DNA of 64,000 nt from a virus. Numbering within the stretch: the first letter of the stretch is position 1; every line of letters starts with the position of its first letter. The position numbers and the translations under genes were made by a program. The notes below the pieces were generated by a model. That model did not search any database. It saw nothing but the letters and a program-made list of their open reading frames with translations, and was not told where the DNA came from. The stretch spans positions 11,717 to 75,716 of IMG/VR virus record IMGVR_UViG_3300047546_001881; one strand, 5' to 3'. This document shows, piece after piece, positions 1-8,044 of this stretch.

Positions 1-1
1 A

Positions 2-27
2 GACCAGTCTTTTAATAAAGACTGGTC
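2..27. terminator. Perfect 11-bp inverted repeat (GACCAGTCTTT-TAAT-AAAGACTGGTC), probable terminator of an upstream gene
   Basis: Hairpin at the window edge in non-coding AT-rich DNA; no clear U-tract. Confidence 0.4.
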
Positions 28-147
28 AGCTCTTGGAGCAGTTCTCTTGTATTTAATTTTAGGTTTTGGCTTTCTATATAAGTTTCTTTTTAAAAGCATA
101 AGAGCCTCTAAAATAAGTATACTTTAATTAACTTATAGAAAACAGTA

Positions 148-223
148 GCGGCGTTTCCGCCGCTGTGTTTGGTGGATGCTGGCAAACTTAATTAGAAGTT
201 TGCGGCGTTTCCGCCGCTGTGTT
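148..223 (+). repeat. Two direct copies of a 22-nt GC-rich hairpin unit GCGGCG-TTTC-CGCCGC-TGTGTT (148-169, 202-223) upstream of ssb
   Basis: Exact repeat; each copy is a 6-bp stem with a TTTC loop; a third inverted repeat GCAAACTT-N6-AAGTTTGC (182-203) lies between them. Confidence 0.85.
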
Positions 224-271
224 GTTTGGCCGTTTGGCTATTACCACAACATTAACTATTCAGGCAAAACT

Positions 272-646
272 ATGAACAACTTTATGGGTATTGGTAACAT
301 TGGTCAGGATCCCGAGCTGCGCACCACTCCTAGTGGTCGTGCAGTTACCAACTTTAATGTGGCGATTGATCGCCGCTTCTACGCTGGTGAGGGCAACGAC
401 CGTCGCCTTGTTCGTGAGACTGATTGGATCCCTGTAGTTGTCTGGGGACCGCTTGCAGAGAACTGCGTTAAGTATCTGCAAAAGGGTAGCAAGATTGGTT
501 TCGAGGGCACGATTCGTCCTCGCAACTACACTGATACCAGTGGCACCCGTCATAGCACCTTTGAGATCGTCGCTAGCAAGGTGCATTTCCTCGAGCGCAT
601 TCGCGGCAACCATGACGAAGTGGTTGACACCGAGACTTCCGCTTGA
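272..646 (+). CDS. ssb: Single-stranded DNA-binding protein (OB fold)
   Basis: MNNFMGIGNIGQDPELRTTPSG...ETDWIPVVVWG...YLQKGSKIGFEG; start moved from 176 to ATG 272, the typical SSB N-terminus. Confidence 0.95.
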   Translation: MNNFMGIGNIGQDPELRTTPSGRAVTNFNVAIDRRFYAGEGNDRRLVRETDWIPVVVWGPLAENCVKYLQKGSKIGFEGTIRPRNYTDTSGTRHSTFEIVASKVHFLERIRGNHDEVVDTETSA

Positions 647-650
647 TTTA

Positions 651-696
651 AAGAACGAGTTCTGTGCATTAGCACGGGACTCGTTCTTTTCTTTTA
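651..696 (+). terminator. Rho-independent terminator after ssb
   Basis: AAGAACGAGTTCTGTGC-ATTA-GCACGGGACTCGTTCTT followed by T-runs. Confidence 0.8.
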
Positions 697-718
697 TCGA
701 AGGAGTAACTTATGCCCG

Positions 719-1198
719 GTGTATTATAAAGATTTTATAAATCATCCCCACTTTTTTGATCCTTCTCCTCCAGGTAAGCAAACTCATTTTGCTGTCGGAT
801 ACATAGGTAAACAAAAGCTTATCGGATATAATAAGAATAAAACTAATCCTAATTTTGTTTGGAAAGGAAGCAAAGACATTATAGTTTCTTCGATTCACGC
901 AGAAATTGATGTGCTTGCTAAAATTCCTCTACACAAAAGAAAAGATTTAGTTTTGTATGTAACTAGATTGAAAAGAAAATCTAATAATGGTTACACCATT
1001 CATGATAGTAGACCTTGCTGTCATTGCATTGATTTTCTTATCAAAAACCATGTTAAGCTTAAGAATATCTGGTATACAGATTCCAATGGCAAGTGGACTT
1101 GCCTCAAAGATACATATGGAGATGAAGATGAGATTCTTGCAAGAAAGCACTACTGCGTTAGTAAAAAAGCTGAGAGACACCAATCTAGCAAAAGATGA
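719..1198 (+). CDS. Zn-dependent cytidine/dCMP-deaminase-fold protein
   Basis: HAE (SIHAEID) and SRPCCHC (PCxxC) motifs; GTG start. Confidence 0.75.
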   Translation: MYYKDFINHPHFFDPSPPGKQTHFAVGYIGKQKLIGYNKNKTNPNFVWKGSKDIIVSSIHAEIDVLAKIPLHKRKDLVLYVTRLKRKSNNGYTIHDSRPCCHCIDFLIKNHVKLKNIWYTDSNGKWTCLKDTYGDEDEILARKHYCVSKKAERHQSSKR

Positions 1199-1298
1199 TC
1201 TGATTATAAAATATGAGAAACTCATTAGTGAGCTTCTCGTAGAACTTAAACAGATGAAACAAGAATTAGAAGATAGGAATGCAAATGATAGTCAATGA
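1128..1298 (+). CDS. Small coiled-coil hypothetical protein
   Basis: GGAG SD before ATG 1128; heptad pattern; overlaps its neighbours. Confidence 0.5.
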   Translation: MRFLQESTTALVKKLRDTNLAKDDLIIKYEKLISELLVELKQMKQELEDRNANDSQ

Positions 1299-1548
1299 GT
1301 ATCTATGCTATTTCCTATCTTTTATAGGGTTGGTACAAATTGTTTCTGTTACTAAGATTTTTCTTAACTTTGTTTATTTTAAATTGAAGAAGATAGATCC
1401 TCCCCTGTCTTTGGAAGAAATGAATATACAGATGTTAAAAAGAGAAAACTCTCAGCTTCTAAATAAGATAGAGCATTTAGAAAAAGAAAATTCAGATATT
1501 ACTAATTTAATATTACAAAGGATGTCTAATGCAAACCTACGAAGTTGA
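1279..1548 (+). CDS. Hypothetical protein, N-terminal TM helix plus coiled coil
   Basis: Hydrophobic N-terminus, heptad C-terminus. Confidence 0.6.
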   Translation: MQMIVNEYLCYFLSFIGLVQIVSVTKIFLNFVYFKLKKIDPPLSLEEMNIQMLKRENSQLLNKIEHLEKENSDITNLILQRMSNANLRS

Positions 1549-1825
1549 AGTCGCTACTTACCATGCTTTTCTTATTAAAGCTGAAAACGAAGAGGCTGCT
1601 AAAGAAGAAGCTCTTTCAAGAGCAGATAACCAGCCTTCTATTTATGAGGCTGTAGTTTTAGACTGTGACCTTTATGAGACTGATGTAGAAGAGCTGTTTG
1701 ATTCTGGACTTGTTCCATACACTCCATACGTTAAACCACAACCAGTAACTACACCTGAGCCAGCTGGCTATTCTCCTTATATGAGACAGCAGACTCAGTC
1801 TGGTTATCGTTTTTACGCTGCATGA
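1529..1825 (+). CDS. Hypothetical protein with YxxY-repeat tail
   Basis: ORF followed by terminator; tail contains YTPY, GYSPY, GYRFY. Confidence 0.7.
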   Translation: MQTYEVEVATYHAFLIKAENEEAAKEEALSRADNQPSIYEAVVLDCDLYETDVEELFDSGLVPYTPYVKPQPVTTPEPAGYSPYMRQQTQSGYRFYAA

Positions 1826-1836
1826 AGTAATGAGTG

Positions 1837-1879
1837 GCAAGGTCGTATAGTTTTTCTATGCGGCCTTGCTTTTTTCTTT
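1837..1879 (+). terminator. Rho-independent terminator
   Basis: GCAAGGTCGTATAG-TTTTT-CTATGCGGCCTTGC then a T-tract. Confidence 0.8.
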
Positions 1880-1942
1880 GCAAAAAAAGTAAAAGAAATA
1901 TGACCTTATTACAAAAGGTAATAAGAAGAATAGAGTATTCTA

Positions 1943-3718
1943 ATGTCATCTCCCTCAATACCATTGATTATACTGAGCATTGAATCTGGAATACCAATAC
2001 CAGATACTCGCTTTTCTTTCGTTTTACCAAATGTAGATGCTAAGAAATTTAGTGTTCCTCGCACTACTATTAATGGTTCAAAGCAAAAGTATTTTGCTAT
2101 AGCTATATCATTTGAAAATGAAGATAACTTATCTGTTATCCAAGATACAGAAAATAAGCTATTTTCAATAGAAGAGTATGGTGTTCTTTGCGTTTTAATA
2201 AGTAGCGAAGCTTCAGATTATTCTATTACATACAATTGTAAGGCTATTGAAACCTTTCAATTGAGTTCTTTTACTTTAAACAGCGAAGAGACTTACTCTG
2301 TTACTTACAGTAAGTTAAAAAATAAAGAAGTCTTCGGAGAAGAAGAACTTTATAACGACTTAATTACTCTTGTTACTCATATTAGAGATAAAGAAGATAT
2401 CTTTTCGCAAGAGGCAGCCAATGCACTGGCTGCAACTAAAAATCTAACTACTATATGTAACGTTATTGTCCACGACTTAGATATACCTAAACAAACAAAG
2501 CTACTATATCTACATGCTCAATCTAATTTAGATCGAGTTACCATAGTAACTAAATGCTTGTTTGATATCTTAAGAGAACGAAATAATATTTCAAATACTC
2601 TTCCTAAGAGAATGAATAGAAATATATTAGATTTCGTCACAAAAGACTCAGAAGACAATAACGAAGAAGATGATTCATCTACTACTGATGATGAATCTCC
2701 TCCTACTTTAAGAGAAGTATCTTCTATCGCTGAAGAATTAATGCCTAAAGAATTTAAACAGGCATTAGCAGAATGTAGAAGTAGACTTAAATCTTTGCCA
2801 AACCAAAGCATGGAATATCATGCTTTGAAAGAGTATCTTACTTGGTTAGAAAAAATTCCTTGGGGCAAAAAGTCTTACTCTACACCTGATCTTAAAGCTT
2901 TAAAAGAGTATATGAACGAAAGTCATTTTGGATTAGATGACGTTAAACAAACAATTATGGAGCACATGGCTATTGAAAGTATCTGTGGTACTTCTAAAGG
3001 TCATGTACTCTGCTTTGTAGGACCTCCTGGAACTGGTAAGACTAGTATTGCTAACGCAATAGCTAAAGCTACCAATAGAAAAGCAATTAAGATTGCTTTA
3101 GGTGGTCTTGGAGATGAAGCAGAAATAAGAGGTCATCGCCGCACTTACGTTGCTTCTAGACCAGGCAGAGTAATTGCAGGAATTGTTTCCAAGGAAACAA
3201 TGGATCCTATGTTTATCTTAGATGAAATAGATAAATTAGGTCACGGTAAATCTGATCCTTCAGCAGCTCTTCTAGAACTATTAGATCCTGAACAAAACCA
3301 TGAGTTCATAGACAGATACTTAGAAGTTCCAGTAGATCTTTCTAACGCTATGTTCGTCTGCACAGCAAACGATGAAGACAGTATACCTGCTGCTCTTAAA
3401 GACAGATTTGAAATCATCTACTTCAGAAACTATGAAGAAGATGAACGCAAAAAGATATTGAAAGATTACATAATACCAAATGCAATATCTGACTACAATC
3501 TAGGTAATTTAAAAATATCTTTTGACGAGAGCTCGCTTTTGCTCGCTAGTTCCGTGGTTGGCTTAAGAGAAATAAAGACTACTGTTAAAAAGCTTTTAAG
3601 AAAAGCTGCTCTAGAAATACTTTCTGGAGCTGAATCAGTAGTAATTGATGAAAAAAGTATCAAAGACAATCTCAAAGTAAACAAAAATAAACACTTGCAA
3701 AGAAAAGTAGGTTTTTAA
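1943..3718 (+). CDS. lon: Lon-family AAA+ ATPase lacking the C-terminal S16 protease domain
   Basis: SHFGLDDVK, Walker A GPPGTGKTS, LGGLGDEAEIRGHRRTY, Walker B ILDEIDK, DPSAALLELLDPEQN; protein ends just after the AAA lid in RKVGF. Confidence 0.9.
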   Translation: MSSPSIPLIILSIESGIPIPDTRFSFVLPNVDAKKFSVPRTTINGSKQKYFAIAISFENEDNLSVIQDTENKLFSIEEYGVLCVLISSEASDYSITYNCKAIETFQLSSFTLNSEETYSVTYSKLKNKEVFGEEELYNDLITLVTHIRDKEDIFSQEAANALAATKNLTTICNVIVHDLDIPKQTKLLYLHAQSNLDRVTIVTKCLFDILRERNNISNTLPKRMNRNILDFVTKDSEDNNEEDDSSTTDDESPPTLREVSSIAEELMPKEFKQALAECRSRLKSLPNQSMEYHALKEYLTWLEKIPWGKKSYSTPDLKALKEYMNESHFGLDDVKQTIMEHMAIESICGTSKGHVLCFVGPPGTGKTSIANAIAKATNRKAIKIALGGLGDEAEIRGHRRTYVASRPGRVIAGIVSKETMDPMFILDEIDKLGHGKSDPSAALLELLDPEQNHEFIDRYLEVPVDLSNAMFVCTANDEDSIPAALKDRFEIIYFRNYEEDERKKILKDYIIPNAISDYNLGNLKISFDESSLLLASSVVGLREIKTTVKKLLRKAALEILSGAESVVIDEKSIKDNLKVNKNKHLQRKVGF

Positions 3719-4539
3719 TGCACACTACAATTAGTCTTTCCTCTCTACCAGAAAGACTAGCAAAAAGCATTATCAGCATACATAACAGCAATTCTTTTCT
3801 TAGTAAACTAGATCGTCTTAATCCAGTATATGCAGGTGGCTATCCAATGGCTCTTCTCCTTGCTCCAAGAAGCAAGGAGAATTCTATTACTAGTCACTAC
3901 TCTGACTATGATTTATATTTCCAAAACCAAGATCAATGTAAAGATGCTATTGAGCTTATTAAAGCTGAATACACTGATCATGAAGAATTTGTAACTGAAA
4001 ACGCTGTTACGATTGTTGGTAAGAAAGAAGAAAAGAAAATCACTTACCAAGTAGTAACAAAATTTAACTACAGTCCAGTAGATGTAGTTAATACTTTTGA
4101 TTTTACAAATTGCGCAATAGCTTACACTCCTCATAATAATACTTTTACAACTCACGTAGATACAGTAAAAGATCATTGTGAAAAGAAGCTAAATATCCAC
4201 AATCCTTGGATGCTAGATAAACTTCTAAATGATGAATTGACTGAAGACCAGATTAAAACTCTTGCTTCAGTTCAAATCGTAAGATTTAAGAAGTACATGT
4301 ATCGCTGGGATTACGAACTATCAGATTCTGCTTTTCAGAAACTAATAGAAGTATACAATAAGTTTCCGAGTATTATAGCAAAAAGAGGCTCTCCTTTAGT
4401 TATTGAAGAAGGCTCTTATAAAGGCTTTGTACACTTAGTAAAAACAAATCAAAACTTATGGCTTGGAATGCGTAGTTGCATAACAAAACATAGGTTGTTT
4501 ACAAAATTTGTAGATAAACACAAAGTATTTAGGAATTAA
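3718..4539 (+). CDS. Pol-beta-superfamily nucleotidyltransferase (poly(A) polymerase/CCA head-like)
   Basis: YAGG...SDYDLYF (GG/DxD) and TFDFTNCAIAY motifs; TAATG-coupled to lon. Confidence 0.75.
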   Translation: MHTTISLSSLPERLAKSIISIHNSNSFLSKLDRLNPVYAGGYPMALLLAPRSKENSITSHYSDYDLYFQNQDQCKDAIELIKAEYTDHEEFVTENAVTIVGKKEEKKITYQVVTKFNYSPVDVVNTFDFTNCAIAYTPHNNTFTTHVDTVKDHCEKKLNIHNPWMLDKLLNDELTEDQIKTLASVQIVRFKKYMYRWDYELSDSAFQKLIEVYNKFPSIIAKRGSPLVIEEGSYKGFVHLVKTNQNLWLGMRSCITKHRLFTKFVDKHKVFRN

Positions 4540-4541
4540 AA

Positions 4542-4853
4542 ATGACTTACTCTTCTTACTTCTCTACTCCAGTAAATGATGTAGCCGCTGCAACAACTTC
4601 ACAAGAGACTGCTCCTGCTACACAGTATGCTGGTTACGCTGAGTTTATGTCGAATCTAAATGATTCGAACTGGCTGTACTTCGTCTCTAGCGACGAAGAG
4701 ATCTTTGCTCCAGTAACTCTTACTGCTTTCAAGCGTAGAGAAGATGCTAGAAACCTAAAGCGCCAACTAAGTGCCACTAATCCTAACGAGAATTTCTTTA
4801 TTCAAAGATTCTCAGTTAGCATTTTCAACGATAATCTTAACGTAATTACCTGA
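4542..4853 (+). CDS. Hypothetical protein
   Basis: SD AGGA, ORF followed by terminator. Confidence 0.7.
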   Translation: MTYSSYFSTPVNDVAAATTSQETAPATQYAGYAEFMSNLNDSNWLYFVSSDEEIFAPVTLTAFKRREDARNLKRQLSATNPNENFFIQRFSVSIFNDNLNVIT

Positions 4854-4859
4854 TTGCAT

Positions 4860-4901
4860 GCCTGGGTGGTATTTCACGATACCACCCAGGCTTTGTTGTT
4901 T
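4860..4901 (+). terminator. Rho-independent terminator
   Basis: GCCTGGGTGGTAT-TTCACG-ATACCACCCAGGC-TTTGTTGTTT. Confidence 0.85.
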
Positions 4902-4926
4902 AATTTATTTTCTTTAGTAGTTTCAC

Positions 4927-5148
4927 ATGAAATACAAATTAGTATGTTATGACTCTGACAATTGTGGTTTCGTTGAATATTTAGAAGATATTCCGGACGA
5001 TTTTATTTGTGAAAATTGTGCAGGCATATCAGCTTTATACAATATTCACTCAACTCCAATTCACACTAGATCTAAACCAGATCTAGATAAAGAACTAACC
5101 AAACTATTAGAGAGAGTAAATAAATACAATGGAAATCAATCTCAATAG
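4927..5148 (+). CDS. Small zinc-ribbon protein
   Basis: CYDSDNC...CENC cysteine pairs. Confidence 0.6.
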   Translation: MKYKLVCYDSDNCGFVEYLEDIPDDFICENCAGISALYNIHSTPIHTRSKPDLDKELTKLLERVNKYNGNQSQ

Positions 5149-7954
5149 TCTTCCTCATGCTATCCCTGCATCTGTAGCTAGAAGTGTCATTGATGCCGCT
5201 TACGACAGACTATCTCTAAGACAAAGATGGAATTATAACGCAGTTCATACTTACAAAACTGTAGATCTTCTTTATATTTATGCAACATATGCTCTAAGAG
5301 CACATAGATATTACTTTGATCCTGAAGTCACTCAACTTCCTTCTTATGCTCATCTTTGTGAATTTGTTCAAGATTTTGAACAAGCAACAGAGAGAGGAGA
5401 AGATGTTGAGTCAAAGCTTTACTTGACTGTTGCAGAGGCAATTAAATCTCTTCTAGAAGCTTCAGTTTCTGGCACCGAAGAGTTCAAGCAAAACGAAGTT
5501 ACAAAATTTATATTGCAACTTTACAGTGGTCTCAGGTCTAACAACTTCGCTTTAAATTCTTCTTATCTTTCGTACCATCAAAGAGCTTCTCATTTCTCAA
5601 ATGCACGCTATGAGTTTGACAAGAGATATGCTCACTACGTTCAAGACAACTGCAATTATTATTTGCTGCCTCGGCCTGATAGTATTGATGAATATATTAT
5701 AGCTCCAAAGAAGAACTTTTATTCTGTTGATTTGGGAGAAAACAGAACTGCTCTTTCTCACTTCTCTTCTGAAGTAATTAAGAACTTTTCTACAATTATT
5801 GATTTCTCTCAAATTAAAATTAATCTGACTCCTTCAAATGGATTAAGTCAATATCCAATTCCTACAGGTAATGACTTCGTTCATATATCTTTTGGTACTT
5901 CACCATCTATTTCAACATTGCCTTATTCTGCAGGATCAATTGTAGGCGAGAACTTTCTTTCAGAAAACTGCTTTAATTCTTTTGCCAACAAAAATGATCT
6001 TGTTAATGTATATACGTTAGAGAGTCCCTTTAGAGGGACTCCTTCTCTAAACAAAACTACAGTTAAAAAGAAGCTTCTAAATTCTGTAATTTATATTATG
6101 CCAATTGTTACTAACATTGGTATTTTTAACTTTGTTACTGGACAAGAAGAGTCTGTACCTTTCATTAGAATAAAGATCAAAGCAGATGAAAAGAAGATAA
6201 TTAAATATAAATCTTCTTTAAACTGGATGATTGATTTTATCTGTAAGATTACGAATCAAAAAGGTATGGAGTTCTATGCTCCCGAAGAATATGAGAAACT
6301 TCTAAAGAATAGATTTGGAACTGCTGGTAAGTATTATAAAACTCTTGTTGATTTCCTATCTAGTTTAAAGATTGGTTTAGCCGAATACAAAGATAATAGC
6401 TTCAATACTATAATAGATGCATTGGCATCTGACTCATTCAAATATCATGAGATAGCTTCTTCTGCTGTTGATATTCCAAATTTGTCAGAAGCCATCAAGA
6501 ATGAAAAGATGCTCGAGAGACTAACTGGTCAGTTGAATGAATTGAGCAATTCTTTCCTTTCAAAAAATAATGAAATAGATAAGCTCAATGCTTCTCTTTC
6601 ATCTTTTGAAGATGAGATTGCTTATCATCTTCGAAGATTAGAAAATCTTAAGAATGACAAAGAAACTCTTATTTTGAAATCTCCAATACTCAAAAAAGAG
6701 CTTTCTGATATTGAAAAGAGTAGAAACGCTTTATCTGAAGTTATAGAACCCTTAAATGCAAAAGTTAAAGAGTTCAATACGCAGAAGCATGAAATGCTTC
6801 TTGCGTCTATAGATAGCGCCGATACGAAGTTCTTAGATAATCTATCTTCTAGTAACATGAAACTAAATAATGTTTACTATACGATTCCAGCAATTCCATA
6901 TTTCAAAGGAATGACTAGAGACTTCACAAAGTATTTTAAGCTTCCAATTGAAAAGCTACCTTCTGGTCTTATAGGTTGTAGCGGGTATAGAGAAGACTAT
7001 ATGATCTCTATACAAAGCTTACCTAAGATTGCGTATTGCGCTCAAAACAAGTTGCCTCTATCTATGGAAGATGTTCTGACTGAAGAAGGTATAGTAAAAC
7101 TCAATCTCTTCCGTCCAGAAGAAATAAGTTTTGCTTTAACTCCTAGTTTGATAGCAGTAGACTTTTCTACTCTTAAGCCTTCTATTATCAAGATTGACGG
7201 GACGCAAAAGTCCGTTGTTGGTGGACCTTATAACGTAATCTTATTTGCTGTTATTAACTTTGACTGGCACAGGCGTGTAACAAGTTCTACTAACTATATG
7301 TACATATCAGCTAAAGAAAGTAGTAGCGTTGTTGGAATAGATAAAGACTACAATGATACTACTTACCTAAAGATTAAAATTCATCCTCATACTGGTGGCA
7401 TTTATGCACCTAAGAGTGAAAACTTCTTTAGTTGTCTTAAAGGCAAATATGACTATTGTTGTCTAGGTGAAGGACTTCCTGGCATCTACAAAGGCTTTGA
7501 ATTAGCAAACGTAAGAATGGCTTTGTTCTCTGCTAAAGCTTGGATTGAATCAACTAATAGCGGAGATACTTGGGGTAGAACATATACTATGTTCCCCGCT
7601 CTAAGTGAAGTTAATCTTAATGGAATCGAAGTAGAGGAAACGGAAGCTCCAGTAGAAACTAATGAAGTTTCTACTGAAGAAGAAATTACTGATACTGAAA
7701 TGCTAATGATCCTTCAAGGTGTAATTGATAATATCAATACTACACTTTCAACAACTCCAGTAGAACAGCCAGTTGTATTTATAGATTTAACACAACCTGA
7801 ATTGCAACAAACTGTAGAAAACATAGTTGAAGCAATTAACGAATCTCTTAGTCTGCCACCTATACCTCCAATAGTAGTAGCAGAACCAACTCCTGTTGTT
7901 AGTAATACCGGTTATTCTACTTATTCCAGTGTAGTTAATTCTCTCATCGCATAA
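5129..7954 (+). CDS. Large protein: N-terminal domain, central coiled coil, C-terminal E2 (ubiquitin-conjugating)-like domain, acidic/Pro tail
   Basis: GGPYNVIL...KIHPH (7382-7390)...YCCLG (7457-7468) resembles the E2 GGxF...HPN...ICL signature; adjacent to JAB, E1 and Ubl genes. Confidence 0.6.
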   Translation: MEINLNSLPHAIPASVARSVIDAAYDRLSLRQRWNYNAVHTYKTVDLLYIYATYALRAHRYYFDPEVTQLPSYAHLCEFVQDFEQATERGEDVESKLYLTVAEAIKSLLEASVSGTEEFKQNEVTKFILQLYSGLRSNNFALNSSYLSYHQRASHFSNARYEFDKRYAHYVQDNCNYYLLPRPDSIDEYIIAPKKNFYSVDLGENRTALSHFSSEVIKNFSTIIDFSQIKINLTPSNGLSQYPIPTGNDFVHISFGTSPSISTLPYSAGSIVGENFLSENCFNSFANKNDLVNVYTLESPFRGTPSLNKTTVKKKLLNSVIYIMPIVTNIGIFNFVTGQEESVPFIRIKIKADEKKIIKYKSSLNWMIDFICKITNQKGMEFYAPEEYEKLLKNRFGTAGKYYKTLVDFLSSLKIGLAEYKDNSFNTIIDALASDSFKYHEIASSAVDIPNLSEAIKNEKMLERLTGQLNELSNSFLSKNNEIDKLNASLSSFEDEIAYHLRRLENLKNDKETLILKSPILKKELSDIEKSRNALSEVIEPLNAKVKEFNTQKHEMLLASIDSADTKFLDNLSSSNMKLNNVYYTIPAIPYFKGMTRDFTKYFKLPIEKLPSGLIGCSGYREDYMISIQSLPKIAYCAQNKLPLSMEDVLTEEGIVKLNLFRPEEISFALTPSLIAVDFSTLKPSIIKIDGTQKSVVGGPYNVILFAVINFDWHRRVTSSTNYMYISAKESSSVVGIDKDYNDTTYLKIKIHPHTGGIYAPKSENFFSCLKGKYDYCCLGEGLPGIYKGFELANVRMALFSAKAWIESTNSGDTWGRTYTMFPALSEVNLNGIEVEETEAPVETNEVSTEEEITDTEMLMILQGVIDNINTTLSTTPVEQPVVFIDLTQPELQQTVENIVEAINESLSLPPIPPIVVAEPTPVVSNTGYSTYSSVVNSLIA

Positions 7955-7959
7955 TAATA

Positions 7960-7993
7960 AATGCTTGGAGGAGTAAAATCCTCCAAGCATTTG
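7960..7993 (+). terminator. Hairpin between the E2-like and JAB genes
   Basis: AATGCTTGGAGGA-GTAAAA-TCCTCCAAGCATT; weak U-tract. Confidence 0.65.
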
Positions 7994-8044
7994 TCTCTAG
8001 CCTTAGTATTTGTATCTTCAAACATTTTACACTATAGGCTAAAA

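Noticed and set aside
148-223. Possible mini-CRISPR (two 22-nt palindromic repeats, 32-nt spacer)
   Set aside because: Only two copies, the spacer is itself a hairpin, and there is no cas operon; the Cas4-like genes are solo phage nucleases
176-271. N-terminal extension of SSB from ATG 176
   Set aside because: Runs through the hairpin repeats; SSB homology begins at ATG 272
7961-8044. Longer JAB start at 7961
   Set aside because: Lies inside the intergenic hairpin; ATG 8045 fits the domain start better
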